Below, in pieces: positions 50,355 through 63,160 of a stretch of DNA of 64,000 bases. How positions within the stretch are numbered: position 1 is the first letter of the stretch; each line of letters opens with the position of its first letter. Origin of the DNA: Hypanus sabinus. Lineage: Eukaryota. A program made the translations under genes and the position numbers. The notes beneath the pieces are model-generated. The model made no database searches, was not told the origin of the DNA, and was given only the letters and a program-made list of their open reading frames with translations. The stretch covers positions 27,156,001 to 27,220,000 of the forward strand of contig NC_082733.1 of the NCBI RefSeq assembly GCF_030144855.1, given 5' to 3'.

Positions 50355-52010
50355 CTGCAAAAGATATTATTAATACAGTTAACTGATGTATTTATATGAT
50401 AGTATAAAGGTATTAATAATTTAGTAACCACCTAGTATAGATCAATACAGGGTAACTAAACTTACTGCTTTCAGCACCAACACTTTAGCAATTTATACTA
50501 GCAACTTCTGTCAAAAGGAAATATATGTAACCCTTTACTAAAAAGTATTACTCAACAAGTTCTTGACTGTCACAGGTAATACTGAGTAGACTTGAGCTGT
50601 GTTGATTACAGCTCTGATAGGTGCCACCCAAGAGCAGAATGCCTGTATCGACATAATATGCAGGAGCAGAGAAACAAAGAGTGAACTGAGAGCAGCAATA
50701 CATGGAAGATTCTTTGGTGTAGGGTTCAGAGACTTTGAGACCAGCAATACAACATGCCTCATGGAAGATACACAAATTGATATTTGCCAAGTCCCCAAAT
50801 TAACTAAGTTGCAACATCTTGATCTTCCTCAAGAAGATAGCACTTGCCATGACCTTACTGGGTCTCAAACATCTTTGTATGCATCCTCCTGCCAGCATTC
50901 CCACACTGGATCTGATACTGGTGGGACAGAGCATTCTGAAGCCAGTCCTTGCAGGATAATAGCTATTTGCAGAAATGAAGCTTTCCTCTCTGATGCTGCA
51001 GAAGGAAAAATGAATCAGCCTTCCATGAGCCTATTAAAACAGCTATAGGAAAATTGATAATCTGCTGAAGACACAAGATACTGTTTAACCCGCTAACTTC
51101 CTCCAGCAAATAGCTTATTGCTCTGGTAATCTGCAATCTGATTGTTCTGAAATCCCAGTGGTTCTGTACCTGCTCACTGGATCCCTATTCTCATGCTCCC
51201 TTTACACACATTTAGGCCCTGTTTCTCATGTTTTGTTAAATGAGTTCATTGGAAAAATTATACTACATCCTAATGTCTACGAGAAAGGCAAAATAAAAGT
51301 GCCTTGGGGTATTAAATAGGAATAAAAGTTAAGGAATACATAATGGCACATTGCATTTATTTGCTTTTGTGGAAGAGCCCTATTACCTTCCACAATACAA
51401 ACAATTTAGTTGATTTGTTTCAAACAAGTTCTTAAAGTGAAGATAAGGTTTACTGCATAAGCCATCAGATACAATTTTGATATCAAGATTTTTTAAGATT
51501 TGAGCAGCAGACTGCAGAAGTTGTAAGTGGTCCTTAAAATAACCATGTTATAAGGCAATCATAAATAAAGTATAATCACAGTGGGAATGATGAACCTTGC
51601 TGTTCAAAAAGAATAAAATACTCCAATATTGCCTACTTGTAAGTTGATGTAGTAAAAAAAAAATGGAATAACTCCATCCAATTCACAATCAATATCATTT
51701 AAACCTTAAGTGCAAGCATTAGAAACCTCTAGGCTAAATATCCCAGTGTAACCATAATCTTGTCAGAAAATATCACAACATCTATTTTGTAATTTAATAA
51801 TGCTAAATGGAATCAGCTATGTTCAGAAAAGCAGAATGTTGAGATCCAAAATCCATGCCTCTTTTGTATTTTCTTTAAAAAAATTCAAACTGTGGCCGTC
51901 TGAAGCACAGACCAAATAGAATACAAAATGATACAAATGAAATATCAATAAAATCACTGAATATTTTAGGCAAATACATCACTGACCTGACTCAACCTAT
52001 TTAAGTAATA

Positions 52011-53627
52011 CAACAGCATGCAAAAATTTGGGCATCCCTGGTCAAAATTTCTGTTACTATGAACAGCTAAGCGAGTAAAAGTTGACCTGATTTCCAAAAG
52101 GCAGAAAGTTAAAAATGACACATGTCTTTAATGTTTTAAGCAAGATTACTTCTTTATTTCCATTTTTACAGTTCCAAAAAAACAAAAAAGGAAAAGGGCC
52201 CGAAGCAAAAGTTTGGGCACTCTGCATGGTCACACCCCCTTTGGCAAGTATCACAGCTTGTAAATGCTTTCTGTAGCCAGCTAAGAGTCTTTCAATTCTT
52301 GTTTGGGGGATTTTTGCCCATTCTTCCTTGCAAAAGGCTTCTAGTTCTCTGAGATTCTTGGGCTATCTTGCATGCACTGCCCTTCTGAGGTTTATCCACA
52401 GATTTTCGATGATATTTAGGTCAGGGGACTGTGAGGGCCATGGCAAAACTTGCAGCTCGCACCTCTTGAGGTAGTCCATTGTGGACTTTGAGGTGCATTT
52501 AGGATCATTATCCTGTTGTAGAAGCCATCCTCTTAACATCTTCAGCTTTTGTTTTTTTTTTAAACAGACTGTGTGATGTTTGCTTCCAGAATTTGTTGGT
52601 ATTTAATTGAATTCATTCTCCCCTCTACCAGTGAAATGTTCCCCGTGCCACTGGCTGCAACACAAGCTCAAAGCATGATCGATCCACCCCCGTGCTTAAC
52701 AGTTGGAGAGGTGTTCTTTTCATGAAATTCCGCACTCTTTTCTCGCCAAACATACCTTTGCTCATTGCAGCCAAAAAGTTCTATTTTAACTTCATCAGTC
52801 CACAGGATTTGTTTCCAAAATGCATCAGGCTTGTTTAGATGTTCCTATGCAAACTTCTGATGCTGAATTTCGTGGTGAGGACGCAGGAAAGGTTTTCTTC
52901 TGATGACTCTTCCATGAAGGTCATATTTGTGCAGGTGTCGCTGCACAGTAGAATAGTGCACCACCACTCCAGAGTCTGCTAAATCTTCCTGAAGGTCTTT
53001 TGCAGTCAAACAGGGGTTTTGATTTGCTTTTCTAGCAATCCTACGAGTTCTCTCAGAAAGTTTTCTTGGTCTTCCAGACCTTAACTTGACCTCCACCATT
53101 CCTGTTAACTGCCACTTCTTAATTACATTATGAACTGAGGAAACAGATACCTGAAAACGCTTTATCTTCTTATAGCCTTCTCCCACTTTGTGGGCATCAT
53201 TCATTTTAATTTTCAGAGTGCTAGGCAGCTGCTTAGAGGAGCCCATGGCTTCTGATTGTTGGGACAAGGTTTGAGGAGTGCAGGGTATTTATAAAGCTTT
53301 GAAATTTGCATCACCTGGTCTTTCCTAATGATGACTGTGAACAAGCCATAGCCCTAATGAGCTAATTAAGGTCTGAGACCTTGGAAAAAGGTATCTGAGA
53401 GCTCAAATCTCTTGGGGTGCTCAAACTTTTGCATGGTGTTCCTTTCCTTTTTTTCACACTCAAATTGTACAAAACAAAAATAATACACTAATCTTGCTTA
53501 AAATGTTGAAAGGAGTGTTTCATGTTTAACCTTATGCCTTTTGGAGATCAGTTCATCTTCTACTCACTTACCTATTCACAGTAACAATAATTTTGACCAG
53601 GAGTGCCCAAACTTTTGTATACCACTG
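52011..53627 (-). mobile_element. Full-length (~1.6 kb) Tc1/mariner transposon of IR/DR type; transposase pseudogene
   Basis: TA flanks; ~200-bp TIRs each with inner and outer GCAAAAGTTTGGGCAC-like repeats; transposase from ATG 53246 ([46 protein letters not shown]) with a stop at 52845 and later frameshifts. Confidence 0.93.
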
Positions 53628-54338
53628 TATATTCAAAATAAACCACAATGCTGGCCTCCTCTCTGGGTCACTAGAATCTCAGTTCCCTGGATTTTTAGTC
53701 TGGATTAAGAACCCAAGCTTCAACCTAATGAAAAAATTGCGTGCTATGCTGTGCAAAAAAAAACCATACAATTCCAGCAGTGTCACTATCCACACCACTC
53801 TGACTGATTATTAATTCTCAGAATCTGATTATAATCCTAAATCTGCCAAAACCTAAAGCACTCCAGAAGCACAGAGGAGCAAGACTGACAAGGTCACTGA
53901 AGGTGCAGCTCTGATTCTTTGAACACCTCACTAAATAAACTGAAACCTGGATTTGGTCTTCAGTTGCATAATCAGATATAGGAACCAGACTGCTCACAAA
54001 AAAAAGTCAACAACATTCCTAGCTCTTCATTCAAATTCCAGTAAATGGTCCACTTAATTTGAAGATTCTGTATATTGTGCTTCAGCACCATATTCTCTGT
54101 GAACCTCTTCCCAAATACAGTTTCAACTACATGAAATATCATAATGGCACTTCATTTACATCTAGCCATAAATGTATCCAATCAAATGAAAGATCAGGAA
54201 ATTCCAAAGAAAAAAATATTCAGCTATTGTCCTATGAAAATCCAAGCTTTCAATATATTAAATAAATATACTTGCTGGTACTGATGCTGAAACCGGCACA
54301 TCTGTAATTCCACATAATGAAATTTACATGTTAAAATG

Positions 54339-54525
54339 GAAGCAACACACACAAAATGCTAGAGGAACTCAGTGGGCCAGGCAGCGTTTATGGAAAAAAA
54401 ATATAGTTGACGAAACGTCAACTGTATTTCCCCCTCCCCATAGATGCTGCCTGGCCTGCTGAGTTCCTCCAGGATTTTGAGTGTGTCGCTTGGATTTCCA
54501 GCATCTGTAGATTTTCTCCTGTACA
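54339..54525. mobile_element. Short palindromic copy of the Penelope-like element, ribozyme core deleted
   Basis: aagcaacacacacaaaatgct...agttgacgaaacgtcaact...tagatgctgcctggcctgctgagttcctccag...tttccagcatctg; same family as 26108-26451. Confidence 0.8.
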
Positions 54526-55224
54526 TAAAGATGGAAGTTCCATGTAAACATGCAGTTAGTTGACAGTTTCCAGGAAGTATTGGGACCTAGAGGCAAAAGA
54601 AAATTTAAAGGTAATAGCAAGAATTCACTGATAGACTGGACGGAACCCACTGCTTGAGTGCTGCTTCTGCCCAGAACATTGGGGGGAACCCCGCACCATC
54701 ACAGTGGCAGTCCGGGAGAAGAGTTGGAATCTGTGGTAAGATGCTGGACTTGAAATAACTTGAGAGACTGTTTCATGGAAAAGAACACTGCTGTTACTGT
54801 GTTTGGGTTAGCGCTAGCTTGGTCACGGGGATCATCAAGGCGCAGGCGCTTCTTGGAAACGGCACGGGGCTTAAGAAGAGCTCGCGAACCTTCAGGATGG
54901 TTCGCCCGGTTTGAAAACGTAACGGTCGAAGACCATGACAATCCATCAGAGAAACTGAGACTGTGCAGGGAGAATCCGTCTACAAAGTCCGAGAGGTAAC
55001 CAGTTTTTTTTCACCGTATGACATGACTAATGACTAAGGACTTACGAATAATGACTGATGGAACTAACGGAACTATCAAACTGCCGCACTTGCGAAAAAT
55101 AGAAGGAAGAAGAAGGTTGTTTGGTCATTGAGTGGAATCTGGTTCAATCTCTTTCAAGTGAGGAAGCTGCATATGTTCAAAGAAGAACAAGAACTCTAAC
55201 TTGACATGCACTATGTTGGACAGG

Positions 55225-56440
55225 AGGGCAGAAGAAGACCAGCAATATCATGAAGGATCCGACCCACCCTGCTTATGTACTGTTTGTCCCATTCCCATCA
55301 GGGAAGAGGCTACTTAAGGCTGATTTATACTTCTGTGTAGGCTCTATGCCATAGCCTATGTAAGTGGCCTATGCCATTGTCAGCATTTATACTTGTGTAT
55401 TGGTCTGTCTGCATCGCTCTGCAATTCACTGCCAAAACGTTAGTTGGCTGTGGGGTTTCTATGCCACTGTGTTGAGTCTCTTTGTGTACTTCAAACAATG
55501 GCAACTTTAAACTGAGTGCATCATGTTGGAGTTGGAGCTAAAAAATATTGAACAAGGGTTACTTTTATTGAAATTACTGCAACGCAGAAAAGAGAGAAGA
55601 CGTTGGAGGAGATGGTATGTACGACCATTGAATGGATTGAGGCAGAAGGAGGGTGAATTTTCTGAGCTTGTCTGACCACTGAGGGACATGGACGAGGAAA
55701 TGCATTTCAAATATTGGCGGAGAAGAAGCAACCAGAAATGTGTAGGAGAAAATGTGATGCTACCAAGCGGACCAATCACAATTGTTGCAGTCTGTGTTGC
55801 CGCAATACATCATTACATTTTTCGGGAGGTGCGTGTCAGGCTACGTAGTTGGGTGCGCGGCTACGCCATACCTACGGTGTAGATTCAATGCAGAAATATA
55901 AATTAGCTTTTAGCATCCATGCCAGGACCACTTGACTCATAACAGTTACTTCCCCCAAGCTGGCAGTGTGATCAACACCTCCAACCACTAACCCACCCCA
56001 CCACCTTTACATACACATCAGTCACTCCACTCCAAAAACCCTCAGTGCTTTTTACATCCCATGCATTGCCACTTTATGCTTAAACTCCATACCTCAAACC
56101 TACACATACAGTCACTGTTCTGCTGCGTTTTCATATACCCTGCTGTTACCTAGAAGAGTTCCTCTTACCAAGTCATTTTGTCACTATCATTTCCTGACAG
56201 TCATCTTATGTACAGATTCTCCTGCATTTGGCTTCACTTTATGTACTGTACATACAGTCAATGTACAGTTAATGTTATGTACATATAGCCACATTTCAAC
56301 AGTTACATGTACAGTTTTATAGGATTGCTTTAATGTTTTTTTTGTTTTTTTGTGCTTATTGTGATATTTTATGCTGCACTGGATCCAGAGTAACAATGAT
56401 TTCAGTCTTTTTTTTACACTCATGCACTGAAAAATAACAG
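55225..56440 (+). mobile_element. Rex1/Babar-like 3' tail, interrupted by a Harbinger element
   Basis: atcatgaaggatccgacccaccct...ccatcagggaagaggctac[insert]gcatccatgccaggacca...cagttacttccccc. Confidence 0.6.
55317..55909 (+). mobile_element. PIF/Harbinger deletion derivative with TTA TSD
   Basis: TTA-AGGCTGATTTATACTTCTG...CAGAAATATAAATTAGCTT-TTA; internal [40 protein letters not shown] resembles the Harbinger transposase N-terminus. Confidence 0.8.
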
Positions 56441-57116
56441 AACAATATTGAAACTAATATACCTCTTAAGAAGAAAGACAAACTTATTGAAATCACATGC
56501 TGTCAGTATGTGCAATTCATTCATTTTCAAGATATCATGGTGGTATCTACAAAATATTTATTTTGGAATTTCAGTATCTCTACATGAAATGTTAACAACA
56601 TATAACTCAAGACTTCACAATATTTCATTCCATATTTTCAAATGAATACACATCTTTTTGAAGGCATAGTACTTTTGAAAGTGAAGCAAATTTTATGTGT
56701 AAATAGGAGTTACAGAGGAAGGCTGCAGTTCAACATCTGGATTAATATCCAATTTAAACTGAGATGCACTAACAAAAACAAAAATAAACATTTGTATGTA
56801 TATACACACACAAAACTATATTTCGTAGATGCCAACAAGATATCAAAAGAATGAATAGGCTTGGCACATACTGATGGCATGGGACTACAGTTTTGCCTTG
56901 CTTCTTAAAAGTACACCATGCTAGATTTGTATTCCTATACAGCAAAATTTTAGATTTCTTTAACATCATTTCTACTAATCATCTGCTCTGTGAAGCATTA
57001 TGATACCAACCTGGAATAAACAAACTAAGTATATAGTTGATGCCAATTAAATTATCCACTTCAAGTGTTTAGGATTTTACTCTGAACTCTCTTCCTGAGG
57101 ATTTAGAAATAATTAC

Positions 57117-57300
57117 CTCCAGAGCATGCTGGATTTTGTCTTTCTGGCTTCCACTATGAGAGAGGTTGGTGGTTGATGTACTGATGGGAGTCTCTGCCAT
57201 TTGTCCTCCAAAAAGACTGTCCTCTGGCAATAATGTTTCAGCCCACAGCCGGCAGATACCATCCTGACATGAAGTCAGAAGCACGTTGCACACAGAGTTC
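57117..57300 (-). CDS. DMXL2: DMXL2 exon ~8 (184 nt)
   Basis: CAG|G AAC...GAG|GTAATT; encodes NSVCNVLLTSCQDGICRLWAETLLPED...KDKIQHALE. Confidence 0.94.
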
Positions 57301-58044
57301 CTGCAGTGAGAACATCATGAAATCATATGCACTCCAAATACAAAGTAGGAAGTACTCTTCTGCTTAAAAGCATTTTTCAACAACAGATTAAAAGGCCATG
57401 TCCTTTTGTTAGATCCTGAAACTGAAAATCTTAAAAAAAATTACCATAAAACTTATCAGTGAAATTAACAGATACTTTTCATGTCTAACCTGGTGTGGTT
57501 TTAGCAGGCAAGCTTCCACCCTTTTTGGTGAATTACAACAAATTTTCAATTCACTGCTGAATTTCACGACAAGCTCAAAAATCAGAATTTGGTGGGACTT
57601 AAGATCAGTAGTTTTGAACATCAAATTTAATCCCAAAAAACAACTTTGCAACACAGTGTGATCAATTATAGAGAATGCAGAATGTTACTTGTAAATATTT
57701 TTAAATGTAGTTCTATCTAGAAATCAATTACATCTCGGATATGGATGAATTCCCAAAGAACAAAAACATAAAGGTTCACATATCAAATTCCACCCCCCCC
57801 ATTTAAGATAATGTTTCACCACTTCAATATCCAATAAATCAAGTGTGAAATACTTTAACATTCATGAGTTTTGTAATGTAATTTCCAAGCAAGATTCAAT
57901 GACAAGAGACACTTTCCCCACTGTAACCTTTGCTGTCCTATTCATTTATGCTTTCATTCTTTGCAATATGAAATTCTGGTCCTCCTAAATCTTTCACTGA
58001 TGCTGTTTAGGGGCATTATTCTATACATTTATTACATGAACACA

Positions 58045-59592
58045 CAGTGCCTATAAAAACTATTTACCCCCCCCCCTTAGAAGTTTTCATGTTTTATTAT
58101 TTCACAATATTGAATCAGTGGATTTAATTGGGCTTTTTTGACACCTATCAGCAGAAAGAGACTTCTGTGTCAAAGTGGAAACAGATTTCTACTCAGTGAT
58201 TTAAAAGAATTACAAATATAAAAATTTCAAAGTAACTGACTGCATAGGCATTCACCCCCTTTAATCGGGCACACCAAATTATCACTGGTACAGCCAATTG
58301 GTTTTAGAAGTCACTTAATTAGTTAAGTGGACATCTGTTTCTGGAGACTGGTGTGCAGTCAAGGTGTATCAATTGATCATAATAAAAATGTGCTTGTATT
58401 TGAAAGGTCCCACTGCTGGCGAGTCAGTATCCTGGCAAAAACTACACCACCAAGACAAAAGAACACTCCAAACAACTACATGAAAAATTATTGAAAAGAA
58501 GATGGATACAAGAAAATTTCCAAGTCACTGAACATTCTTTGGAGTACAGTTGTCAATCATCAAGAAATGAAAAGGATATTGCACAGCTGTAATTCTGCCT
58601 AAAGCAGGCAGTCCTCAAATACTGGGAAAAAGGGACTAGTGAGGGAGGCCTTCAAGAGACCTATGACAACTCTGGAGCAGTTACAAACTTTCAGTGGCAG
58701 AGATGGGAGAGACTGTGCATACAACTGCTGTACAGTTGCAGCTTTATGGGAGAGTGACAAAGGGAAAGCCACTGTTGGAAAAAAAAACACACATGAAATC
58801 TAGGCTAGAGTTTGCCAGAAGGCAGGCAGGAGATTCTGATGCCAGCTAGAAGGTGGTTCTATGGTCTGATGAAACCAAAATTGAGCTTTTTGGCCATCAA
58901 ACTAAACACTATATTTGGCACAAGCCGAACTCCGCACATCATCAAAAACACACCGTCACTACCATGAAGTATGGTGGTGGCTGCATCATGCTGCGGGGAT
59001 GCTTCATTGCAGCAGGCCTTGGAAGGCTTTAAGGTAGAGGTCAAAGTGAATGCAGCAGAACACAGAGAAATCCTGGAGGAAAACTTGATGCAGTCTGCAA
59101 GAGAACTGTGACTTGAGATTAGATTTGTTTTCCAGCAAGACAATGACCTCAAGCATAAAGCCAAAGTTAAATATAAGTGGCTTAAAAATAACAAAGATAA
59201 TGTACTGGAGTGGCCAAGTCAGAGTCCAAACCTCAATCCAAGTGAGAATTTGTGGCTGAATTTTGAAAAGAGCTGTTCACTCACAAAACCCTATGCAATC
59301 TGGCAGAGCTCGAGCAGTTTTGTAAAGAAGAATGGGGAAAAATTGCAGTATCCAGATGTGCAAAGCTGATAAGAGTTCTATCCACACAGACTCAAGGCTG
59401 TAGTTGCTGCCAGAGGTGCATTGACTAAATACTGACTTGAAGGGGGTGAGTCATTATACAATCAATTATTTTGTGTTTAATAATTGTTATAAATTTGGAC
59501 CAATTTGTGGAAATTTGTTTTCACTTTGACATAAAAGAGTAAATTGATTAACATTGAAAAAAGTTTTTGTAATTTTTAAATACTTTTGTATG
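58045..59592 (+). mobile_element. Decayed Tc1 transposon (second family)
   Basis: CAGTG start; remnants [57 protein letters not shown]; right TIR partly lost. Confidence 0.85.
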
Positions 59593-60119
59593 AAAGTCAG
59601 TTCCACTCCTATCATCCATAGTATTAACTCTTGAAATACAATTCCACTTAACAGCGTCCCACTAATAACTCAACCAAATATCTGTTGATACTATGCAAGT
59701 CTTCACAATAATACAAGTAATTAAACAAGGTGGGCAGTCATGAACAAGTACTCTTCTCCTTCTGAAGCTCTTGTGATAAAGGATGAATTATTTCATCACT
59801 TGATTTGTGGGTTTTGAGAAGGGTAATAAGGCCATTGAGGAAACGTTTCCTGGGGCCGGAGCTGCCTAACAGGTCAGAGAAGTGGACCGATTTTGTTCTG
59901 GTATGCTGCTTCTACTGCTTAGACAGAGCTTCTTTGTACTTCTGATATGTGACACTGTTGTCAATAACAGCCCAAGTAGTGGTTTTCCTTCTCTAAGTGG
60001 GCTTGGGTCAACAATTCCCAGGTATCAGTGGGAATACTGCAATTATTCTAGCAGCATCCTTATATCTAGTCCCCTGTCCACCTGGTATTCTCCTGCCAAG
60101 ACAAGTTCAGAACTGAGTA

Positions 60120-60660
60120 AGCACTTCCAGAGCCTCATGCTGGCTTGTGCAAACCTGGAGGTGGAGCTCCAAACCATCGTCAACTTGTTCATTTAACCAT
60201 AGATAGTATGGATCTTACATACAGAAAATGCAAAACAATAGGTGTTCTTTCAGCACTTTCCCCACCATTCTCCACGACTACTTTTCAGCATCACATTGCC
60301 CTCCAACAATAAAGGGTCACAGCAACACCCTGCAAAAATGCAAGCCACTTCCCATATCTCAGGAACCACATTTCAGTGAAGGCAGATGTTAATGAGAAAG
60401 TAATTTGAAGATGAAGACAAGGCACAGTGGTCATAGTCTTCTAGGCAGCAGTGACCCTTGCCTTCCTACATGGTTCTGATACCAGAACTATCTACAGCAG
60501 GCACATGCATCCTCTCTGCAGATTCTCCAAATTCATCATCTGGACAACATATAAACATCAATGTTTTGTTTCAGGCCAACATGTCCAAAACTGAAGTCAT
60601 AATTATACTCAGCTAGGGCATATAATTTACATGCCTCAAAATAGATCTGACAACCAGAGA
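60120..60660 (+). mobile_element. RTE-clade LINE RT relic
   Basis: ELQTIVNLF, HFPYLR.H.S..ADVNE, AAV...LHGSD remnants typical of the RTE RT C-terminal half. Confidence 0.55.
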
Positions 60661-60972
60661 AAGCCCCCATTAATTAGGATTCATCCCCATCACTGAGCTC
60701 CCCTAGAATAAACTCCGTCCACTGAGGGCAATTCCAAAGCCCTCAATCATGGTCCCAAATAAGAATGCTAATTCAACAAACATACACATCTTAATCCAAA
60801 CTCAGAAAATAGCTTCTGTTTTAAAAGTAGCATCTCCATTACATTCCTATTTTCTTTAAAAAATAACACCTAATAGCAGCCATTCCATTAAATGGCTAAT
60901 AGTACTTTAAATTTTGGAATGGTCAACTTGTTAAAACGATAGTATAAAACCATTTACACTAATGAATCTAAC

Positions 60973-61151
60973 CTTGGCATATATTTACTAGTCTTCCGCC
61001 ATGAAAATCCTGTTACTGCACGAGGATGTGCCAGATATACAAAGGAAAAGTCCATAGCTGTAGAAGCACTTTTCCCCCCAAGAATTTCTCCGCCTAGAAA
61101 TGCAGATTTCCAGCCATGGGTCAGATACCATATTTTGAGAAGGGAGTCATC
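60973..61151 (-). CDS. DMXL2: DMXL2 exon ~7 (179 nt)
   Basis: CAG|GAT GAC...CCA AG|GTTAG; encodes DDSLLKIWY...FVYLAHPRAVTGFSWRKTSKYMPR. Confidence 0.94.
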
Positions 61152-61323
61152 CTGCATGGAAAAATAAGATGTATTCATACATGTTATAAAAATTGCAAAA
61201 ACAAAAACATTCCTTCCACAAAGTAGAGCTTACTTTTGGCGTTTAATTAATTTTGCTTCAGTATTTATGTACTAGAACACAAAACCAACGGGAATTAACA
61301 GGTAAACAAGTGTAAAACTTTAC

Positions 61324-61390
61324 CTTTCCTGCTGTTGCAAAGTATTCTCCATCAGGCGACCACTTCATCAGATATATTGGAATAGCAGTC
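61324..61390 (-). CDS. DMXL2: DMXL2 exon ~6 (67 nt)
   Basis: TAG|G ACT...GGA AAG|GTAAA; encodes TAIPIYLMKWSPDGEYFATAGK. Confidence 0.93.
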
Positions 61391-61514
61391 CTAGGTAGCA
61401 GAGTAAATACTTTAATTTTGGGCTTTCAAACAGATAGCCAGTTTAATTGACTTCAGCATTTTAAAAAATATAGTTTGCTATTTTATGCCTGGCCCAACAG
61501 TCAGCAATCCTTCA

Positions 61515-61740
61515 AGAGGGCCACGACCTTGTCGCAGTTTGGAGGTTTGTGCGCCTCAATGATTTGGACAGCTTCTTTAGCTGGAGTCAGGGCTTTATGT
61601 TTTGGCTTTGGTAGGGTCACCCATGCCAAACAGGTCAAAGGGTAGAGGTCAGACCAAGAGTGGTCCACCAATCCTCCATGTTGGTGGGGTGGGGGGAAGA
61701 GGAGGGGTCAGCTCAGGACGAGCAACCTTCAATGTAAAAG
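61515..61740 (+). mobile_element. RTE (Rex3/Expander-like) 5'UTR-derived element
   Basis: ccacgaccttgtcgcagtttggaggtttgtgcgcctcaatgat...ggtagggtcacccatgccaaacaggtc...agaccaagagtggtcc resembles the Rex3/Expander 5' region as recalled. Confidence 0.55.
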
Positions 61741-62424
61741 TCTGAAAAATAGCAGTTGATTGTGGTAATCTTGCCAACTGAAAGTACTTACTAATTATTT
61801 CAAAATTCTTTATTTGATTAGCATAAACTAAACTACAACTATTGTGTATCCTTTTAATTGAGTTCAAATTATTGATGACAAGAAGGTGGAGTGGAGTACA
61901 AAAGATCACATGATATTATTTTGAAAACCTCAATTGTTAACCCAGTGCCTTACCCAATATTTACCAGTAGAAAAAAAAACGAACACACAGCTAAAGCAGA
62001 TGATTAATAATCACGTCGTGACTTATGGGTCCTTACCATGTCCAAATTTCCTATTACAGTTTCTACATTACCGAAGCGATTACATTTCAAAAGCATTTTA
62101 TTGACTATAAAACTTCAAGAATTCTAGAGATTCTGAAAAGGTATTATATAAAACCCTGTATCCTTTAAGGAAATACTGGGGTGGGAAAAAAATACCAAGT
62201 AACATGTTGAATACAATAATCTGACAACATTTTATTCTAGATAAATATATACCATTCTATTCCATGATATTTTTTTAGAACCATCTAAAGCCATGAAAGT
62301 AGTTATTTTTTGAGAACCATACATTCTATCCACCCACAGGGCTAGTTAGTTTAAAAAGTATATTTTTTTTAAACTGTAGATGTTAATAGTTCTGAAGTGT
62401 CTTCGACCAGGCATATTAACATTA

Positions 62425-62590
62425 GGTGCTGCTAGACCAGCTGAATGTTTGCAGCATTTAGACTCAAGTCTATCCTGATGAAGGGGCTTGCTTGAAATGT
62501 CAACTGTATATTTTCCTTCATAGATACTGCCTGAATTGATATGTTCCTCCAGCATTACATGTGTTTTCCCAACATTTTCTGTTTTAGTTT
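62425..62590 (+). mobile_element. Decayed Penelope-like copy retaining a hammerhead core
   Basis: CTGATGA (62475-62481) AGGGGCTTGCTT GAAA (62494-62497) TG TC AACTG, followed by tagatactgcctg...ttcctccagcatt. Confidence 0.65.
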
Positions 62591-63018
62591 CACTTTCATG
62601 GTTTCTTTCACTTCCCTTTAAGCCACTACCAAGACTGACCTCTTCAAAATGGACACAAAGCTTGTGAAAGCAGACTGTTAACACAACAAAAACCAGGATT
62701 CAATTTCCAGTTTCCACTCTTTTTTATTTACATTGCATACAAAAGCCTCAATTAAAGGAGTGCCAAAATTCTGGATGGCAACAGCGACTGGTTTTTGAAA
62801 CTAGTAATAACCTTGACCTGGTGATCTCCAAGTTTATAATATAAACTTCATTAAATAGAAATCTTTAGTCAAGCACTGAGAGTCTTCATACCACAATCAA
62901 AACATGGAGTTAGACAACTAAAAAGGTGACTGCCAAATTTGGTGCCATTCATAACTGTGCTGGAAGGCAGCAAATGAAGAATCCAACAAAAAAGTTTGCA
63001 GGTTAATTCCACACTTAC

Positions 63019-63160
63019 TTGCACTGCCAGTTGCATTTCCAGTCATTTAAATCTGGTTGCAACTTGCATTCCTCAGCAAGACTACTTTCTTCCTCAAGAA
63101 TGTCATCGGAGGGATGGGTCCATAACTGTAAATGATCTGTAGCTGTCAATAATTGATTAC
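63019..63160 (-). CDS. DMXL2: DMXL2 exon ~5 (142 nt)
   Basis: AG|GT AAT CAA...TGC AA|GTAAG; encodes NQLLTATDHLQLWTHPSDDILEEE...DWKCNWQCK. Confidence 0.92.

Larger units (their letters stand above)
170..63160 (-). other. DMXL2: DMXL2 / rabconnectin-3 alpha gene body (24 internal coding exons; gene incomplete at both window ends)
   Basis: The spliced translation follows human DMXL2 as I recall it throughout (LAHPRAVTGFSWRKTSKYMPR, YCGHRFHLNDLACHSVLPLLLTSSHHNAL, LPQYHPTQLLELMDLGKVRRAKAILSHL, DVIAEQLKFRACLKILMTELRTLATGYEVDGGKLRFQLYNWLEKE). EDDQPKLNVLLCEAV and HPLNNRTWAAVFGGG favour DMXL2 over DMXL1. All exon phases chain without a frameshift. Exon numbers are by analogy to human, from memory. 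Confidence 0.95.

Noticed and set aside
50599-51048. 149-aa plus-strand ORF as a nested gene
   Set aside because: It has a non-ATG start, no recognisable domain and no supported splice structure; the region looks like an old LINE relic.
170-63160. Assignment to the paralogue DMXL1
   Set aside because: Diagnostic segments (DDQPKLNVLLCEAV, SIYPVCLAPYL, HPLNNRTWAAVFGGG) fit DMXL2 as I recall it; a phylogeny would confirm.
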